In this document: positions 54,777-64,000 of the stretch, one piece after another
How the letters are laid out: the number at the start of each line of letters is the position of its first letter
Position numbering within the stretch: the first letter of the stretch is position 1
Assembly (NCBI RefSeq): GCF_009914755.1
Contig: NC_060943.1
Direction: 5' to 3' (one strand)
DNA from: the human T2T-CHM13v2.0 reference genome, Homo sapiens
Length of the DNA: 64,000 nt
Program-made: the position numbers and the translations under genes
The notes under the pieces: model-generated
Seen by the model: the letters and a program-made list of their open reading frames with translations, nothing else
Told to the model about the DNA's origin: nothing
Databases searched by the model: none

Positions 54777-55387
54777 TGTTGGCAGAAGAGCTGAGGCAGG
54801 GCTCGTTTTTCTGACATAATGTAAAAGAGTCTTGGAACATGTCCTGGGTCCAGGGTCTAAAACCCCTCATGACCTTTGGAACACCAAACTCTGTGCCAAA
54901 GGGTGGAAGGCTGCCCTGCCGCAGTACAATCTAAACCCAGGGTATGAAACCCCTTGTGGCTTGGAGAGAACCCAGGGCTCAGGGCATAAAACCCTCTGTA
55001 GCCTTTGGAGTGTGTCCAGACTCACTGGCCCCTTGCACTTTGTTCTCCCAAGATCATAAATTGATTGTATCTTGAATTAGAAGAACCTATTCTCCCTTAT
55101 CTCAAGTAGCAGAGCATATGCTAAGCCATCACAGCTACGCTTGATGCACCGCTTTCTACCCCCACATCCTCACCTGTCTGCCCCCACATCCGCACGTCCT
55201 CTCCACCTGCTTCTTTGTTTGATTACCAATAAATAGTGTGGGCTCCTAGAGCTCAGGGCCTTTGCAGCCTCCATACTGGCGTTGGCCCCTGAGACCCACC
55301 CTATGTACTCTTGTCTTGTCTCATTCCTTTGACTCTGCCAGACTTCATAGCCCCAGTGACCAGGTGTTGGGTCTGATCACCCCAACA
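54777..55387 (+). mobile_element. 3' LTR (LTR3-type, 611 bp)
   Basis: TGTTGGCAGAAGAGCTGAGGCAGGGC...GGGTCTGATCACCCCAACA after the PPT. AATAAA at ~55228. Confidence 0.85.
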
Positions 55388-56040
<653 letters not shown>

Positions 56041-56124
56041 GGGGGCTGGGTGCAGTGGCTCATGCCTATAATCCCAGCACTTTGGGAGGCCGAGGCATGT
56101 GGATCACCTGAGGTCAGGAGTTCA

Positions 56125-56399
<275 letters not shown>

Positions 56400-57464
56400 T
56401 TACAGATTTATAGTTCTTCTTTATAGATTCTTTCTTGCTAAGTGTTGAAAAGATAACTATAATCATCTAAAGAGGATTAATTCATCACTTAGGCAAAGTA
56501 GAGGTTAGCAAGAGGAAGTTACTTCTCTTAGAGTATGTGATTCAAAGGAAAAAATTGCTACATCAAATACACACCGACTGGCTAAACATTTCTAGGTACG
56601 TATCAATTTCTATGCCACTTTCAGATTCAACACAATGAGGAAATTACTGGTGTAATAAAAATAACAAACATTAGATTGATGAAGCACGGTAAAATAATTT
56701 CAAACAGGAAAGATGTATGAATCTTTTGTACAAAAAAATTTCAACATATAAGTTGCATACAAGCAGGAAGATTTAACTTCATAAGAGAATTAACAAAAGT
56801 TGTATTAATTCAAGACAAGAGACTGCAGAGACTAAAATTGCTTAGTACTGAAAGTTTTGCCTATATAAACTGTAGTTTATGAAGAAAAAAGTTTTGTTTT
56901 TTTTGAGGCAGGGCCTTGCTCTTTTGCCCAGGCTAGAGTGCAGTGGTACCATCTCAGCTGATTGCAACCTCCATTTCCGAGGAAGGCTCCTTAATTTCCC
57001 AATTATAAAGGTTTTGTGGGAACATAATTGGGTGTAATAAAATAAAAATTTACACCACAAGAGACAGACACATACTCTTCAGGGTGTATGGTCATAATTT
57101 GTTTGAACGAGCCCTTTTAAACTTCTAGATATCATTGAAACTCCTATGTTGATTAAAAATCATCAAAGATCTTTCCAGTGAGAAGGATGAAAAATATTAC
57201 TGAGAATGAAGTATCACTATTTCATGTATGTGCCTGTATGTGCTTATATAACATGCTGTAATACAAGGTGACATTTAGGGGCTGAGACTGTTAACATCTG
57301 ACTGTACCTTGCTATTTGTAACTTACAATCTTATTCACATTTCTCAAGTGCCATGCCTTTAGGTGCCTATACATCATGCTATCATAGGATTTCTAGGGAT
57401 AAGCCGAGTGCCGTGGCAGATGCCTGTAATCCCAGCACTTTAGGAGGCTGAGGGGGGTGGATCA

Positions 57465-57716
<252 letters not shown>

Positions 57717-57757
57717 CTAAGCCCATATAACCTGCTGTTATAAAAGGTAACATTTAG

Positions 57758-58009
<252 letters not shown>

Positions 58010-59146
58010 TAAGCCACCCACCTCAGCCTCCCAAAGTGCTGGGATTACAGGCCTGAGCCAAAACACCCAGCTGAGATTCTTCATATAGCTGATTATCTTG
58101 CCATTTCTAACTTACAAGCTTTATCCACATTTCTTAACCTTTTGTTTCACTAAATGGGACAGGAAGTTTTAACTCTTGTATCCATGAAGCATCTTAGTAA
58201 AATAACAGATATTCCATTTGCAAATTATGCTCCCCAAAAAACACAAACACATATGTAAAAAATGTTATAAAGACATTAAGTGTCCACTCAATAACTTTGA
58301 TTCAAACTATCTTCATGTTCTTCACTTCACAAGATAAAGCTCTTAAAATGGACTTTGTGAGGTTCCATGTGTTTGGTCAGTCATGAGAGGAAGAATAATT
58401 CAGAGTGAGAGGAAACAAGAGAGATTCTAGGCAGCCCTCAGGGAAGCTGAGGAGGTGGCTCCCTGCCTCCGGGTCCCTCAGAATGTCCCATCTCCCTGTC
58501 AGTATCAGTGTCCCAGATAATCTTCTTCTGACTGGGACATTTCCCAATTTGGGAACAGTGGTTACTTGCCAAATTCACATTTACGGCCAAAACTGTGGCT
58601 ACAGTGTCGACATTCATGCAAGTGGGGAAATGGGCATGTGGCCCCTGAAAAAAGATTCTGGATTCCATAATCTCACCTTGCTGGCAAGAAACTACCATTT
58701 CAGCAGAAAGTGCAATGACAGTGTCTGCACAGGGACTGGAGATTATCTCCAGAAAAGAGCTTGGAGTGAGGAAATTAGTTAATGTGGATGAATGACGTTA
58801 CCCATGGAGAATGAAGTAAGTAGCTAGAAGACAAAAGCCTCAGAACACATAAATCTCAACGGGTACTGAGTAGAGGACTCGGAGCTCTGAGGTAATTGGA
58901 GCTCATGGCTATCCCAGAACTTGGATAACATAAAGTTCTTGTTTCTACAAAGTGTGTATCCTTTCCATATGTGAGAACTCTGAGGAAATACAAACTTGGA
59001 ACAAAAGAAATAGTAAGGTAATCTTAGAAAGATGTTGAATAGAAAGCAAGCTACGGTGACATCTTAACTGTTTCACTGCCCAGCAATCTATACGTATTGT
59101 CACTTGGGGACACTTATGATTCCACATGAAGTGGATAACCAGCTCA

Positions 59147-61108
<1,962 letters not shown>

Positions 61109-62951
61109 TCACAAATTGAGGAATTAATCTATAGAAATATTTGCAGGAACACAATGTTGGCTTCAAGTTGAAGATGGGGCTGCTGGCCGGGCGCAGTGGC
61201 TCACGCCTGTAATCCCAGCACTTTGGGAGGCTGAGGCGGGTGGATCACCTGAGGTCAGAAGTTCGAGACCAGCGTGACCAACATGGTGAAAACCCATCTC
61301 TACTAAAAATACAAAAATTAGCTGGATGTGGTGGTGAGCGCCTGTAATCCCAGCCACTCGGGAGGCTGAGGCAGGAGAATCATTTGAACCCGGGAGGTGG
61401 AGGTTTGCATTGAGCCATGATCGCACCACTGCACTGCAGCCTGGATAACAGAGCGAGACTCCATCTCAAAATAATAATAATAATAATAAAAAGAAGAATG
61501 AGCTGCCTAGCATTACTGGGCTATAAAGGTCACAGAATCCAGGAGGCCTCATGATGTAAAGAGCACAAGCATACAGGCAACACAGGGAGTAGAGGCAGGG
61601 TCCACAGCTCCTTCCTCTAAACACAAGTTGTGTACGGGACCTTATCTCCTAATGACATGTGAGTGCTATGTAGAAGCATATGGACTGGGCGCGGTGGCTC
61701 ATGCCTGTAATCCCAGCACTTTGCAAGGGTGAGGCAAGTGGATAACCTGAGTTCAGTAGTTGGAGACGAGCCTGGCTAACACGGTGAAACCCTGTGTCTA
61801 CTAAAAAAAGAAAAAATTAGCTAGGTGTGGTGGTGCAGGCCTGTAATCCCAGCTACTTGGGCGGCTGAGGCAGGAAAATCACTTCAACCTGGGAAGCAGA
61901 GGTTGCAATGAGCCAAGATTGTGCCATTGCACTCCAGCTTGGGCAACAAGAGCGAAACTCCATCTCAAAAAATATAAATATAGAAGCATATGTCAAGACC
62001 AAGAAAACATGAGTACAACACAGCAGAGGGTGGTCATGGATGGTTTAACATAGGGCATACACTTCCTAATATGTAATCGATACACCAATATCAGAGACAA
62101 GTGCAGATGAAAGCACAAGAAAAATGGGTGAGATGTGAGTATTAGTGCTGGGGTGGATATCACAGTAGAAGTGAAAAGGTACAGAACTAACACGTGTGAA
62201 ACTCTCAACAATGGGGAGAAAAAGACAAATAGTGTGTGCCTACTCATATTGCCACAAAAACACTTGGCAAATATAAATGGTTTCTGGTATGATTTGGATA
62301 AACCCCTGAAGTCATGCCCTCCCCCAGCATGGCACTCCTGAGGGACAGGCTCCCTTTGAGCCTATCGTGATGAGCCTGAATTGAACCACATCTTGTCAAA
62401 CATGGAGGTCTCTCCATCTCACACCCAGTACATAGGACCCGACGATGTAACTATGAAGGGAGAGACAGCAGAGATGAACAGCCAACACTAGCTCAGGACA
62501 ACTAAGCACCTGACAGCCCACAGGAGAGTAAGGTAAGTATTACAAAAGAATTCCTAAGCAGGGTCTTGCAAGAAGAGTCTATGGTCTATGGTCTATGTAG
62601 GTAGTGACAATGTCAATGAAGGCAATTCTTGGCACAGGGAGGCACAAAGCATTGTCAGATAGAGGAAGGAAGTGTTAATAGAACCTGGGCACACAAGAGC
62701 TACCGATTTGGACAGTCACCTGACAGCCAGAGAGCAGGCAAAGTGGATACACTTAGGTGCCTATTAGACTCCTGACTCTGACTCCTTCCCTGGGAGCCTG
62801 GAGCAAAGCAGGTGTTGGAGGTGCTTAAGGAAAGGAAAAGGCAATACACACAACTTACATAGAGAAGTGTAGAAGGAACCTGTGTCCAGGCTCCTTAAGT
62901 GAGAAAGACAGTCCTGTCAATGAAAAACAGGGGAACAGTAACACTAGCTCA

Positions 62952-63110
<159 letters not shown>

Positions 63111-64000
63111 CTATGATAGTGACAGATGAAACCACAAACAGCCCCTCTGCTGAGGTACCACAACCCACCTCTCCCACACACCCACACTTGCCCATCCTCC
63201 TCCCAAGGTCCCCAACATAGTGTTGAAACTATGTCCACTAGTGCCTTTGTCTCTTCATGGGCCCACTGGTCAATTGCCATCAGCAATAAGCAGTAAGTGG
63301 ACAAATAGGTATCCATGCTGAGGTCCTGACATAAAAAGGTCCATCCCCTTCTGAATAGCGATATCCAAGCTCATGTAAAGCCCAGGGCAGCTGCCTGAGC
63401 CCATTGGACAAACTCCCTCTCTAAATATACATCATTCTTTATACTGCAAAGACACATCCCCATGGCCACCCCTACCTGAGTTTTCCCTACCATCAGCCTC
63501 TCTCTGGCATCCCCACAAATAGAACTTTGTTTTTTGGGGTTTTTTTTGAGACATAGTCTAGCTCTGTCACCCAGGCTGGAGTGCAGTGGCATGATCTTGG
63601 CTCTTTGCAGCCTCCGCCTCCTGGGTTCAAGTGATTCTCGTGCCTCAGCCTCCCAAGTAGCCGGGATTACAGCCACGCACCACTATACCCGGCTAATTTT
63701 TGTATTTTTTTTTTTGGTAGAGAGGGGGTTTCACCATGTTGGCCAGGCTGGTCTTGAGCTCCTGGTCTCAAGTGATCCATCCGCCTTGGCCTCCAAAAGT
63801 GAGATTACAGGGGTGGGTCACTGCACCCAGCCCCCACAAATAAAATTATTTCACAAGATGAAGAGGGTATAACGGCCCATGATTCCCTTGGGAATATGCA
63901 ATGGTTTGTTTCCATAACTCTGCTGGTAGGGATGGAATTGAAACCCACCACAAAATATAACAACCTGGAACCCTGCCTTATCACCTTGATAAAACGGGCT

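Larger units (their letters stand above)
47094..55387 (+). mobile_element. Betaretrovirus-like provirus, HERV-K(HML-6)/HERVK3-int, lacking the 5' LTR, PBS and gag start
   Basis: gag-dUTPase/pro-pol-env order, polypurine tract AAAAAAGGGAGACA, and an LTR3-type 3' LTR. Three AluY insertions with TSDs. Confidence 0.85.

Overview
Human-like primate KRAB zinc-finger gene cluster, recognisable as the chr19q13.43 ZNF587-ZNF814-ZNF417 segment. ZNF587 (+) has 3 coding exons giving 575 aa. ZNF814 (-) has 3 coding exons giving 856 aa on this haplotype. ZNF417 (-) has exons 2-3 in the window; exon 1 lies beyond the right edge. ZNF587 and ZNF417 are an inverted segmental-duplication pair with patchy, gene-conversion-like identity. 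The spacer holds a tailless 5S rRNA retrocopy, a UBE2C processed pseudogene, an internally deleted old L1, nested solo LTRs and a 5'-deleted HERV-K(HML-6)-like provirus inserted in an FKBP1A retrocopy remnant. A 31-nt U2 snRNA fragment sits exactly at the duplication breakpoint. Alus are very dense and explain most short ORFs. I found no firmly supported new biological system. The strongest leads are: (i) the same 2-nt frameshift truncating all three finger arrays while regenerating the last His ligand; (ii) a minisatellite-like finger array in ZNF814; (iii) an intact spliced Rec-like ORF in the provirus; (iv) U2 capture at the breakpoint; (v) loss of the Lys-PBS from a provirus lying between two genes reported to repress via Lys-PBS. 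Gene, repeat-family and literature identifications are from memory, not from searches.
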